Source: Mobula hypostoma | Lineage: Eukaryota | Length of the DNA: 64,000 bases | Direction: 5' to 3' | NCBI RefSeq assembly: GCF_963921235.1 | Contig: NC_086097.1 | Coordinates: 233,432,001 to 233,496,000 of the forward strand | In this document: piece after piece, positions 10,695-22,199 of the stretch | Layout of the letters: every line of letters begins with the position of its first letter | How positions within the stretch are numbered: the first letter of the stretch is position 1 | Program-made: the position numbers and the translations under genes | Notes under the pieces: generated by a model | Database searches by the model: none | What the model was told of the DNA's origin: nothing | What the model saw: the letters and a program-made list of their open reading frames with translations, nothing else

Positions 10695-12097
10695 ACTTCA
10701 AGAAGGGAGAGAGGCAGAAGAAAGGAAACAACAGGCCAGTTAGTCTGACCTCAGTGGTTGGGAAGATGTTGGTGTCATTTGTTAAGGATGTGGTTTTGGG
10801 GTATGATAGGCACAAGACAAAATAAGCCGTAATTAGCATGGTTTCCTCAAGGGAAAATCTTGCCTGACAAATCTGTTGCAATTCTTTGAGGAAATAACAA
10901 GTAGGTTATTTAGAAAGGAGAGTCAGTTGTGTACTTGGATTTTCAGAAAGCCTTTGACAAAACACCACGTATGAGGTATTACAGGAAGTATTCTAGCATG
11001 GATAAAGCAATGGTTGATTGGCAGGAGGCAAAGAGTGGGAATAAAGGGAGCCTTTTCTGGTTGGCTGCCACTGACTAGTGGTATTCCACTGAGCTCTGTG
11101 TTGGGACAGATTCTTTTTACATTATATGTCAATGATTTGGATGATGGAATTGATAGCTTTGTTGCAAAGTTTGCAGATGATATGAAGATAGGTGAAATGG
11201 CAGGTAGTTTTGAGGAAGTAGAGAGGCTACAGAAGGACTCAGACAGATTAAGAGAATGACAAAGAAATCGCAAATGGAATACAGTGTCAAGACATGAGTG
11301 GTCTTGCAATTTTGTTGGAAAAATTGAAATTATTGACTATTTTCTAAACAGAGAGAAAATACAAAAATCTGAGAAGCAAAGAGACTTGGGAGTCCTTGTG
11401 AAGGTTTCCCTAAAGGTTAATTTGCAGGTTTAGTCTGTGGTGAAGAAGGCGGATGCAATGTTAGCATTCCTTTCAAGAGGACTAGAATATAAAAGCAAGG
11501 ATGTAATGTTGTCACTTTATAAAGTCTGGTGAGCCCTCAACTGGAGTATTGTGAGGAGTTTTGGGTCCCTTATCTTAGAAAGGATTTGCTGAAACTGCCG
11601 GGGGCCAAAGGACGTTCACAAAAATGATTCCAGGATTGAATGGCTTGTCATATGAAGAGCGTTTGATGGCTCTGGGTCTGTATTCACTAGAATTTAAAAG
11701 AATGAGGGGTGACCTCATTGAAACCTATAGAATGGTGAAAGGCCTTGATAGAGAGGATGTGGAGAGGATGTTTCCTTTGGTGGGAGAATCTAAGACCAGA
11801 GGACACAGCCTCAGATTAGAGGGTTTTGAATGTATATGAAGAGGAATTTCTTTATTCAGAGGGTGGTGAATCTGTAGAATTTTTTGCCACAGTCAGCTGT
11901 TAGGCCAAATCTTTATATATCTTTAAGGCAGAAGTTGATAGATTCTTGATTGGTCAGGACGTGAAGGGATATGGGAAGAAGGCAGGTGATTGGAGCTGAG
12001 AGGAAAATTAGATCAGCCATGATGAAATGACAGCGCAGACTTGATGGGCCAAATAGCCTAATTGTGCTGCTATATCATATGGTCTTATGGTCTTATG
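10695..12097 (+). mobile_element. CR1 LINE, 5'-truncated, degraded RT to tail
   Basis: RPVSLTSVVGK, RRQRVGIKG...SGIP.SSVLG...KFADDMK, then C-terminus and (GGTCTTAT)n tail. Confidence 0.92.
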
Positions 12098-12680
12098 GAA
12101 ACATATCAAATGCTGCTAGATCTAGACAGAGTGGATGTGGAAAGGATGTTTCCTACAGTGGAAGTGTCTATGACCAGAGGGCACAGCCTCATAATACAAG
12201 GATATGCCCTTTGAATTGAGGTGAGGAAGAACTTCTTTAGCCTGAGTGGTTAATCAGTGTCAGTAGGCCGAGAGGGCAAGTCATTGGGTATATTTAAAGC
12301 AAGGTTTGATAGACCATGGGAGCAGGTGGTAGATAGTCATATAAGACATCAGAGCGGAAATAGGCTATTCGGCCCATCGGGTCTGCTCCACCATTCCATC
12401 ATAGGTGATTTATTATCCCTATCAATCCCATACTTCTGCCTTCTCCCTGTAACCTTTGATGTCCTTATTAATTCATGCAAATACTTCTGAAATATTATGA
12501 ATACTTGTTTTTTCCACCTTCTCAAGCACTGTAATTAAAACTGCAACCACCTTTAGAGGTTTCTTAGTCAGATTCCCACTAAATCTTTTATTCTTCATGT
12601 TAAACCTATGCCTTCTGATCTTAGACACTTCTGTCTTAAGGAAAGTTGCATGCCATCTATCCTATCTATAGGGGTGGTGG

Positions 12681-13005
12681 GGTGGAGATATGACTCTACC
12701 TAAGGAGGTGTAAGGTGCTCCTTCCCTCTGATAGCCTGCAGGCCACCCTTGGACAAGGTGTAGCATCTGCTTAGCCTTCCGATCAGGGCCAACGTGAAGC
12801 CAAGGGAGCAGGTGGTGGATGGTCGTATGAGCAGCTGGTGCACTTCACAGGTCCTGGTTATGCAACCACTGCCACCAGTCTCTGATAATGGCTGGGGGTC
12901 ACCCATCTTGTAAAGACACTGCCCAGAAGGAGGCAATGGCAAACGACTTCTGTCGAAAAAAATGTGCCAAGAACAATCATGGTCATAGAAAGATGATGCC
13001 CTGGC
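12681..13005 (+). mobile_element. RTE-related SINE/non-autonomous element (further copies 38503-38862, 48379-48505)
   Basis: Three copies of gtggagata...aggaggtgt...gggagcaggtg; two reach gaag(g/a)aggcaatgg(c/t)(a/g)aac, similar to the BovB/RTE-derived motif. Confidence 0.65.
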
Positions 13006-13029
13006 TAATGAAAGCAATTATCCCACATA

Positions 13030-13510
13030 AACACTGGAGATTCAGCAGATGCTGGAAATCTTGAGCAACACCCACAAGATGTTGGATGAACTCAGCAAGT
13101 TGGGTAACATCTATGGATGGGAAGAAGCTCTTGATATTTTGGGCTGAGATACTTCATCAGGATTGGAAAGGAACAAGGCAGAAGCCAGAATAAGACAGTG
13201 GGTGTGGCGAAGGAGCACATGCTGGCAAATGGTAGGTGAGACCAGCTGAGGGAGAAATAGGGTGGGTGAGGGAGGGGGGGGGATGTAAGAAGCTGTGAAG
13301 CGAAGGTGAAAGAGGTAAGGTCTGAAGAAGAAGAAAATGATAAGCAAGGAGTGTGGACCATAGAAGGAAAGGAACAAGAAAGGGTACCAGAGGGAGATGA
13401 CATTTGAGGAGAAAGGAAGGGATGAGAGGGTAACCAGAATGGTGAATAGAAATAGGAGAGAAGGAGAGAGGAGGGAGAAATTACTGAAAGGTGGGGAAAT
13501 ATATGTTCAT
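13030..13510 (-). mobile_element. Penelope-like element 3' region (degraded)
   Basis: gcagatgctggaaatc...catcagga head followed by purine-rich UTR, homologous to 17425-17800. Confidence 0.7.
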
Positions 13511-13642
13511 GACCTTTTCACCATGCAGTCTAACTGGGCTACTGTCTTCTGAGATCTTTGAACTTATCCACCAAGGTCCTCTTGTTGTCCAATATTTCTG
13601 AGGGCCCTACAATTCATGGTATATGTCCCACACATGATACAT

Positions 13643-13795
13643 TGCTCTTGATTGGTCAGGGCATGAACGGATACAGGGAAAAGACAAGAGACTGGAGCTA
13701 AGGAAAATTGGTCAGCCATGATGAAAGAGTGGAGCAGACTCGATGGTCCAAATGACCTAATTCTGCTCCTATATCTTATGATCTTATGGTCTTAT
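13643..13795 (+). mobile_element. CR1 3'UTR and tail
   Basis: cttgattggtcagggcatg...ctaattctgctcctatatcttatgatcttatggtctta. Confidence 0.8.
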
Positions 13796-14326
13796 ATGTC
13801 TACTTATGATCACATGTCACTGCTGGATACTAAGAACATGATGTACAGCAGGACTATCTCATAAGCAAGTTGCTTGATAGTGATGGAACTGGAGTTATTG
13901 AATACTGTTGTGTTGTTGCGCAGATTTGTTGTGTTGAGAAGGTGTGCATTGCGAGCAACTATCTTTGATGTTTTTATTGGGACTGCAAGACGCTCTTGGT
14001 CATTACTAGCTTAAAATACAACAAGTCCCGTTCACTGGTTCTTTGGTGAAACCAGTGGTGGGGGAGCTGCATTACCACCATCGTGGTGAGGAGTAGGCCC
14101 ATTCCATGGAGTCGTGTGTTGCAGCTACCCAGAATACAATAAGGCAGTGTGGGAGAGCCTCTGTGGGTCATGCTAGAAACTGTATTGAGTTAGAGGCTGC
14201 CCCCGCTCTTCTCTCAGTGCTGCCCTCCACTGTATGCTTGGTGATATCCTCCAGTGTTCGCTCAGTGCTGCCCTCCAGTGTTTGCTCTGTGGAAGAACGA
14301 TCTGAATCAGGACAACCTACCATAAA

Positions 14327-14512
14327 CAACAGGAATTCTGCAGATGCTGGAAATTCAAGCAACACACATAAAAGTTGCTGGTGAATGCAGCAGGCCAGTC
14401 AGCATCTCTAGGAAGAGGTGCAGTCGACGTTTCAGGCCGAGACCCTTCGTCAGGACTGACGAAGGGTCTCAGCCTGAAACGTCGACTGCACCTCTTCCTA
14501 GAGATGCTGCAT
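14327..14512. mobile_element. Palindromic non-autonomous Penelope-derived element with 13-bp TSD
   Basis: 54-bp arms 14400-14453 / 14456-14509 with one mismatch; TSD aacctaccataaa at 14314-14326 and 14513-14525. Confidence 0.88.
14422..14457 (-). ncRNA. Minimal type I hammerhead-ribozyme motif (Penelope-type)
   Basis: Minus strand AGUC-CUGACGA-AGG gucucgg CCU-GAAA-CGUC-GACU: both core boxes, stem I AGUC/GACU, stem II AGG/CCU, palindromic ACGU stem III, GUC triplet; activity untested. Confidence 0.7.
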
Positions 14513-14783
14513 AACCTACCATAAATCTATCCTCATGCCACTCAGGGAATTGGGCTATATTATTGTTTTTTTTTTCTTTGTGAAAGTATATTTTTCTGAA
14601 ATTGTAACCACATGTGCCATTTGTACTATGTGCAGTTGATAATGTGTTTTACAACTTGGCCTGGAGAAATGCTGCTTCACTTGGCTATATTCATGTATAA
14701 TTGAATGAGAATTAAACTTGGACTTGAACACATATTAGAGTCCATCCCCCAAATATTAGACTGCATCCCCTCACACCCATCAG

Positions 14784-14842
14784 GATTAAGTTCCATCTGT
14801 CCAATTGATTAAGTTCCATCTGTCCAATTGATTAAGTTCCAT
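14784..14842 (+). repeat. 23-bp tandem repeat (~2.6 copies)
   Basis: gattaagttccatctgtccaatt x2 plus gattaagttccat. Confidence 0.9.
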
Positions 14843-15415
14843 TGTACTGCCTAATTTACCATCTGACCAATATTGTTCTGTGGCCTAGGACTATACACTT
14901 AACTATCAAAAACAAGACACTAAGCTGCACATGAACAAAACAGGGCTGTTCTGCCTTAAACTGCTAGCAGAAGACCTTCTCAATGATGACAAAATTCTTC
15001 ATAGACAAACTCAAACCTCCTCAATTATTGCTTACCTGTGTCTCTTTCCTTCCTGTTGACCTTCCAGCTGTACCTCACTGATGATGACTTTCATTTTTTT
15101 CCTATTGTTTTCTTTTAATGAATGTTTAAGCCTCGAGGGATGTTTCTGTTAACTGTAAACTGTAGGCCTGGAGTTCTGAGTCCCATCATTGGCTAGTCTG
15201 GGGGTCGATGCTGAATGTCGAAGCCCAAAGGTCAATTGGAAATTGGGAAGCCGAGGCACAATGGTTGAAATCTGGAAGGATGGAGGCTGGAAGCCTGCCC
15301 TGGAATTGGGGGACGGTCAGTATGTGTGGGTGGGTGGGAAGGAAGAAATTGGCTTGTTTTTCTGGTATTGTATTGTTGCTTGTTGTGTTCTGTGTTGTCT
15401 CTGCAGAACACTGTG

Positions 15416-15979
15416 AGCCGTCTCTATTTCCTGAGGAGACTGAGGTCCTTTAACATCTGCCGGACGATGCTGAGGATGTTCTATGAGTCTGTGGTGGCCA
15501 GTTCTATCATGTTTGCTGTTGTGTGCTGGGGCAGCAGGCTGAGGGTAGCAGACACCAACAGAATCAGCAAACTCATCCGTAAGGCCAGTGATGTTGTGGG
15601 GATGGAACTGGTCTCTCTCACGGTGGTGTCTGAAAAGAGGATGCTGTCTAAGTTGCATGCCATCTTGGACAATGTCTCCCATCCACTATATAATGTACTG
15701 GGTGGGCACAGGAGTACAGTCAGCCAGAGACTCATTCCACCGAGATGCAGCACAGAGCGTCATAGGAAGTCATTCCTGCCTGTGGCCATCAAACTTTACA
15801 ACTCCTCCCTTGGAGGGTCAGGCACCCTGAGCCAATAGGCTGGTCCTGGACTTATTTCCTGGCATAATTTACATATTAGTATTTAACTATTTATGGTTTT
15901 ATTACTATTTATTATTTATGGTGCAACTGTAATGAAAACCAATTTCCCCCGGGATCAATAAAGTATGACTATGACTATG
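15416..15979 (+). mobile_element. Rex1/Babar LINE 3' fragment (little degraded)
   Basis: RLYFLRRLRSFNICRTMLRMFYESVVAS...RCSTERHRKSFLPVAIKLYN; aataaag(TATGAC)n tail. Confidence 0.9.
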
Positions 15980-16889
15980 TTATGCTGGTGCCAGAAAGGG
16001 TGGATGCTCAGCGCATCATTAGGGGTATCGGTTGTTAATGTAAAAAACTCATTTCACTGTAGATTCCATTTTCATGTGATAAATAAAGCCAACTCTGAAT
16101 CTAACTGATAGCTTTGAATGTTGGGCTCTGAATATTGTATAATTACTTGAAATGATTGTACCTGGAAACAAGTCAGATAGAAAAATGACAAGTACAGTGA
16201 CGACTTTGAAGATTAGTTATGGTTACTAAAATTATGTGAAGACATGCAAGTTAAAGCTTCAAAAGATAATTTGTCAAGAAAATTGTTATAATTATTGGGC
16301 AAGGGAGGATGCACTCTTATTTTAACCACTTTAAACATTCATGTTTCTTGTGTAAAGTGAAGATCTGTAATTAAAGTAAGAAGTTCCTGGAACATTTTAC
16401 CCAATACTGGGAAAATAACCACCAGGAAAACAGCAATGATTCAAGAAAATCAGTTAGCACCATTCCCTTAAGGATAATTAAAGACAAATAATTAATGTTG
16501 ATCTGGGCAACAACACCTACTGTACATCCGTAAAATAAATATAGCAGCCTTCATACCACTATTACCTCTGTCACAAATATTGGTAAAAGCAGAAACAAAG
16601 AAATAGATCAGCAAATATCTGAACAATTAATCTTTATTATTACAATCAAGTAGATATACTAACTGGTGTTTGGTAAATAAAATGTGTAGATTTTTTAAGT
16701 TCAAAGTTCAAAAGTTCTAAATAAATTTATTATCAAAGTACATATAGCCCTAAAATTCATTTTCCTGTGGGCATACTCAATAAATCCAACAATTATAATA
16801 GAATCAATGAAAGACAGCACCAACTGGGCAACAACCGATGTGCAAAACACAACAACCTGTCCAAGTAAAGAAAGAAAAAAAATGGAAGA

Positions 16890-16890
<1 letters not shown>

Positions 16891-16925
<35 letters not shown>
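16891..16925 (+). repeat. (TAA)n microsatellite
   Basis: ataataataa... about 11 units. Confidence 0.95.
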
Positions 16926-16927
<2 letters not shown>

Positions 16928-17424
16928 AACTGATGGATGAATATGAAACATATAAAGATCTGGGATATCAATAAGCAAAGAAAATGGATCATAGTACAAT
17001 ACAGGGAAATTTTTCAACAGAATTTACTTCATTTACTTCAAGGCTTAAGAAATTTTGCTGAATAGAGCTCAACAGTAACAATATAAAAAAGGCAAAAACC
17101 ACTTTTGCTATACCCATATTAACATAAGCTTTTGGCATGATACCTTGGTCTGAAACCAATCCAGAAGATTTACAAGGAAAAACAAGAACTGAAATGCCAA
17201 ATTTTCGAAAATACGATGCACACTTGAACACACTTGGATTAATACCATCTAGGACACAAGTATATGCAATCCTGATAAGAAGTACACATGACTAAACTTA
17301 GATGAAATCACAACCCAGAAAAATGAAAAAAAATTATCACTACAGAAGTAAAGGTTAACCAATGGAAGAGCATGACAATCCATGGAAGACATCCACATAA
17401 TCTGAGCAGACTAGATGCTAACAA

Positions 17425-18064
17425 CACAAAATACTCTGCAGATGCTGGGGTCAAAGCAACACTCACAACACGCTGGAGGAACTCAGCAGGTCGGGCAGCA
17501 TCTGTGGAAATGATCAGTCAACGTTTCAGGCCGGAAGAGGGAAGGGGCAGAGTCCCTATAAAGAAGGTGGGGGGAGGGTGGGATGGAGAAGGCTGGTTAG
17601 TTCCAGGTGAAAAACCAGTAAGGGGAAAGATAAAGGGGTGGGGGAGGGGAAGCAGGGAGGTGATAGGCAGGAAAGGTGAAGAAGGAATAGGGTAAAACAC
17701 AATGGGCAGAAGGAGGAGGCGGAACCATGAGGGAGGTGATAGGCAGCTGGGGGAGGAGGCAGAGTGAAATAGGGATAGGGGAAGGGAGGGGGAGGGAATT
17801 ACCGGAAGTTGGAGAATTCTATGTTCATACCAAGGGGCTGGAGACTACCTAGACGGTATATGAGGTGTTGCTTCTCCAACCTGAGTTTACCTTCATCGTG
17901 TGGAAATATCGGAATGGGAATGGGAAGCAGAGTTGAAGTAGGTGGCAACCGGGAGATCCTGTCTGTTGTGGCGGGCGGAGCGGAGGTGCTCGACGAAGTG
18001 GTCCCGCAATCTGCGTTGGGTTTCACCGATGTAGAGGAGGCCGCACCGGGAGCACCAGATGCAA
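17425..18064 (-). mobile_element. Penelope-like element 3' part with GIY-YIG endonuclease remnant
   Basis: IYCIWCSRCGLLYIGETQRRLRDHFVEHL...PVATYFN and RLEKQHLIYRLGSLQPLGMNIEFSNFR*; imperfect flanking duplication tagatg(ct/tc)aacaa at 17412-17424 and 18065-18077. Confidence 0.9.
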
Positions 18065-18594
18065 TAGATGTCAACAATGAAGCATCGCACACCTTGCTCA
18101 GATTTGGAGAACTCTTCCCAGAAAAAGAGGGGCTCCTTGTGGCAACACAGGACCAGGTGGTTAACACAAAAGTTTATCAAAAATGTATAATAAAAGAGCA
18201 ATAATTTCAAGATGATAAATGCAGAAAGTTCCAAGCGAAACCCAAAACAATCCAACACATTACAGGATCCTGCACCAGTTTCACTCAATCTGATTACTTA
18301 CACAGACACAATCAAGTGGCAAACATCATTCCCCAAAATCTTTCTTTAAAATACAAACTCATAAAAGATACCATAAATTACTATAACTACAATCCTGGTC
18401 CAGTTTTAGAGTCAGTGTTCTACAAATTAATCCATTATTACAGATATTACAATCCATAATAAATATCCATTTAATATTGCAGAATAAACAAGAAAGAAAA
18501 ACTTACTTAACAGCTATGGCTATTACAAGCACTTATACAGAAATCAATAAGTGAAGAATACTAAAATATGCTGAATTAATAGAGGAGAATTAAT

Positions 18595-18715
18595 AGTCTT
18601 GGCCCCAAACGCCGACTGTACCTCTTCCTAGAGATGCTGCCTGGCCTGCTGCGTTCACCAGCAACTTTGATGTGTGTTGCATGAATTTCCAGCATCTGCA
18701 GAATTCCTCGTGTTA
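18595..18715 (+). mobile_element. Short Penelope-derived terminal fragment inside the R4/Dong copy
   Basis: cgactgtacctcttcctagagatgctgcctggcctgctgcgttcaccagc...catctgcagaattcctcgtgtt. Confidence 0.8.
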
Positions 18716-19619
18716 AGAATATACGTACATTGTTCCAACATATCATCTACCACTGACATCATCCCAAAGTCATGACACTATAGCATCGAACAATTAGGCC
18801 TAGACAGCAATATTTATGTAAGTCTCCAAAACGCCACAACACTAAACACCACTAGAGTAGTCTCAAAGTTCCAAGTAATTGTAAAGTGAGATTACTTGGC
18901 AATGCCTGTACCTCAGGTTTTATCAGCTTGAGCAAAGAAAAAAAAATGTTAAATACATAAGCAAAAGATGTTGAGAGCATGAGATGAAGAATCTTTGAAA
19001 AGGAGTCCATAGGTTGTGGGAACATTTCAGTGATGGAGAGAGTGAAGTTTGGTTCAAGAGCCTGATGGTTGAATGGTAATAACTGTTCTTGAACCTGGTG
19101 GTGTGGGTCCTGAGGCTCCTGTACCGAATGAAACATTTTGTGTGATATTGTGTAGGATGTTGCACTTTGCTGTTTTATTACAATTCTCGGTTTGTTTGTG
19201 CTTCCATTTCAAATTCTACTCCCCACACATAGACAGGATAGATTACATCATGCTTGTGTGGGTACTAATTTATATCTGAAACTCTGGAATGATGACTAAT
19301 TGTATTGATAGAACATAATGCAGGTAGATTAACAGAACAATATGTTTCTCCCACATGTGCATTCTGTTGACCTAAGTGAGACATTCATTTGTCTGGAGGT
19401 ATTAATTAGCTTTCAGATTGATATTGCTTATTCCTGGAAAACTGAGTTAAACCTGACACTACAATAGAGATGAAATTCAAGGTTAAATTGATGATGCAAT
19501 TCAAGTTTCTAGCATGAACTGAATTAAGATTTTTCTTTTATCTTTCAGTACCTTACGAAGGGCTACTAATACATCCTGAAATGTATGAATAAAATCAGGA
19601 TTTCTGGATGATTATTGAG

Positions 19620-19880
19620 TTACAGTGTTGACCAGGCCCTCCCGGCCCTTTGAACTGCACTACCCAGCAACTCCCAATTTATTCCTAGCCTAATCACGGG
19701 ACAATTTACAGTGACCAGATAACCTACCAAATGGTATGTCTTTACTGTGTGAGGAAACCAGAGCACTTGGAGGAAACTCATGTGGTCATGGAAAGAGTGT
19801 GCAAACTCCTTGTGGGCAGCGGTGAGAAATGAACCTGGGTCTCCTGTATTGTAAGGCGTTGTCTAGCCACTGCGCTATGC
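19620..19880 (-). mobile_element. HE1-like V-SINE
   Basis: tRNA-like head on minus strand, V-domain-like core (gaggaaaccagagcac...gtggtcatgg...gcaaactcc on +), CR1-like 3' end. Confidence 0.7.
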
Positions 19881-19891
19881 TCCACCCCTCA

Positions 19892-20420
19892 TTAGTTATC
19901 CGTCCTATCCAACAATGACAGGAGACTTGTGCGGGAGTTTTTTTTAAAGCAGTAAAAACTGTTGCACTGGGCAGTTCCACTCCCCTGACCTTGGAAGTCT
20001 GGGTCCAGTGGTGCACTCGTCCCCACAAGCTCAGGTCTTCCTTGGTTGCAGTGGATGACCATGACTTCTTCGGTGCCTTGCCGTGCCTTCGCTCTCCATA
20101 AAGTATTGCAGAACACCCTTCCTGGCTTTTGGATCTCAATCTTGATATCATCCACCCATTCAGCTGAATCTGACCTCACATGCTGGGGCAGGCGTGTCCC
20201 TGTCTCACCGGGGTACGAAGCCCGCTGGCTACCTTCACCTGGTTTAGCCCACCCGTCAAAGCGGTAGCCGCTGTTGCAAGCAAGCAGCTACTTGGAGCCA
20301 CAGGTGAGAGCTGAATGTACGTTGGGGTCAAAGGTGAGTGAACTGTCCCAGAATGGACACGCCAAGCCCCTTCCCCAGAAGTGCCACCCCTCCCTTGACA
20401 CCCCATACACCCCTCTGGAG
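19892..20420 (-). mobile_element. RTE-like non-autonomous element
   Basis: GC-richer block resembling RTE 5'UTR/3' tail composites; family assignment by eye only. Confidence 0.5.
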
Positions 20421-20946
20421 AATTAGTCAATAATTAACAACGAAGGCAGCTCTCAGAAAGAGTTCACCAAGAACTGGGGGATTTATATTTCCAAGCAACC
20501 AAACTTGTTCTCCAACTTCATCTGAAAAGTTATTGCCGTAATAAATAATTAAGTGTTATCTGATGGAAGATTAAGCTGACCTTGCTAAAGGGGTTTCACT
20601 CCTGTTTCAAATGATAATGTAGACTTACACAGTAAATACAGCACAACATTTCCACCCTGGTGTCAAAGTTTCTTATTCACTTCTTCTTACCTGCGTTCAT
20701 TGTCCTTTGACCTGTCCTGCATGACATTCATGATGAATTGTGGACAGCTAGGTCAGCGTAAAAAAGATCTCAGATTCGACTTTGTGCCCAACAAGGAAGC
20801 TCATAGACAAACTAAAACAGTGCGGTTAATAAAAATGAATTAATATTTAAATAACTAAAAATTCTATCTATCTAGTTTCTATCCCACGATTGAACATTGA
20901 GCACATCTACATGAAACGCTGGCGTAGAAAAGCAACACCCATCATC

Positions 20947-21125
20947 AAAAACGAGAAAATCTGCAGATGCTGGAAATCCAATTAACACAGACAAAATGCT
21001 GGAGGAACTCAGCAGGCCAGGCAGCATCTATGGAAAAGAGTACAGTGACGTTTCAGCATATAGTCAACGTACAGGCTTTGGAAGCCTGTCGAACAGCCTC
21101 AGCCTGAAACGTCGACTGTACTCTG
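20947..21125. mobile_element. Penelope-derived short element with inverted terminus
   Basis: aacgagaaaatctgcagatgctgg...gagtacagtgacgtttcag ... gcctgaaacgtcgactgtactc. Confidence 0.75.
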
Positions 21126-21355
21126 TCAACCATCAGGCTCCAGAACAAAAGGGGATAGCTACACTCATTTAAGGATTCTGCTATGTTGTTATTTCATGCT
21201 CGTTATTTATTATTATTTACTTATATTTGCATTTTCACAGTTTGTTTACAGCTTACAGTTCCTGATGTTTACAGTTCACAGTTACTGTTCTATAGATTTG
21301 CTAAGTATGCCCGCAGAAAAAGAATCTCAGTGTTGTATGTGGTGACACGAACATA

Positions 21356-21662
21356 TAGGCATCCGTTAGTTTCATGAGACTATGAATTTGCGCCTTGGAA
21401 GGTTTCCAGGGTGCAGGCCTGGGCAAGGTTGTATGGAAGACCGGCAGTTGCCCATGCTGCAAGTCTCCCCTCTCCACGCCACCGATGTTGTCCAAGGGAA
21501 GGGCATTGGGACCCACACAGCTTGGCATCGGTGTCGTCACAAGGCAATGTGTGGTTAAGTGCCTTGCTCAAATACACGACACGTTGCCTCAGCCAAGGCT
21601 CGAACTAGCGACCTTCAGATCACTAGACGAACGCCTTAACCACTTGGCCACGCGCCAACAGC
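21356..21662 (-). mobile_element. tRNA-derived SINE with 12-bp TSD (second copy 51282-51590)
   Basis: Minus-strand head TGGCCAAGTGG (A box) and GTTCGAGCC (B box), then gagcaaggcacttaacc; TSD gacacgaacata at 21344-21355 and 21663-21674. Confidence 0.85.
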
Positions 21663-22199
21663 GACACGAACATACTCAGATAATAAATTTTACTTTGAAC
21701 TTTGAACTCCTCATCCCCCATGCTCCAGCTTTCACCTTCTCACCTAGATTTACCTATCACACTCCAGCTCTTGCACCACACCAGTGCAATGCACTACCCC
21801 TGAGCAGACAGAAAGCATTCTGAAGATGGAACCTCTTATTTCTTTTTAAGTTTCAGGTTCAGCCAAAGTGAACTTTCTATTTCTAGCCCACAGCAACCTT
21901 CAAAACCTGTAGTCAGACAGTTTCTAATCCTGTGTGATCAGGATCACCATTGCTCTAGCTTCCATGAAGAAACTGACTACATTTCCATTTTACCAGATGA
22001 ACAAGTTGTTTGGAAACAATGACATTCCACTCAGTAACTGGTCAACAAAATCAAACAGGTCTGTCACTAAATGTCATCTGGGTTGTCTGACTGTGACCTT
22101 GGGCTGTTGGACCGGGGCATGCAAATAACATGTTTTGTAATCTGCCATGTTTAACAAATGCTTGCAACACCATAACAGATTTTCGCAGGGTACACTGCA

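Larger units (their letters stand above)
16926..18945 (+). mobile_element. R4/Dong-clade non-LTR retrotransposon (RLE type), 5'-truncated and degraded
   Basis: + strand remnants: YETYKDLGY, TFAIPILT*AFGMIPWS, WKSMTIHGRH, GELFPEKEGLLVATQDQVVNTK, DKCRK...TIQHITGSC, YLHRHNQVANII, LQNATTLNTTRVVSKF; short UTR and A-tail near 18935-18946. Confidence 0.8.
16697..19125 (-). mobile_element. Rex1/Babar 3'UTR split by an R4/Dong insertion (16697-16925 and ~18945-19125)
   Basis: (aagttca)n tail at 16697; host resumes after 18945 into RYRSLRTHTTRFKNSYY-coding sequence. Confidence 0.7.

Noticed and set aside
14210..14292. Recurring ctcagtgctgccctcca motif
   Set aside because: Only 2-3 degenerate units; a minisatellite-like relic with no further structure
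14784..14842. 23-bp direct repeats as a CRISPR-like array
   Set aside because: No spacers, eukaryotic context; simple tandem duplication
15326..15838. 170-aa ORF with a hydrophobic N-terminus like a signal peptide
   Set aside because: The N-terminus comes from a T-rich repeat fused to a Rex1 C-terminal fragment
16793..17017. ORFs with poly-Leu/poly-Tyr runs
   Set aside because: Translation of the (TAA)n microsatellite on the minus strand
17809..18288. Two 131-aa ORFs suggesting a novel fusion protein
   Set aside because: Chance read-through across the Penelope/R4 insertion junction, each half sense to one element and antisense to the other
20691..20747. Possible 57-nt minus-strand exon (tag|CTGTCC...CGCAG|gtaag; CPQFIMNVMQDRSKDNER)
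   Set aside because: Good donor but unrecognised peptide and no partner exons; needs RNA-seq
21585..21660. tRNA gene on the minus strand
   Set aside because: It is the head of a SINE with body, TSD and a second copy
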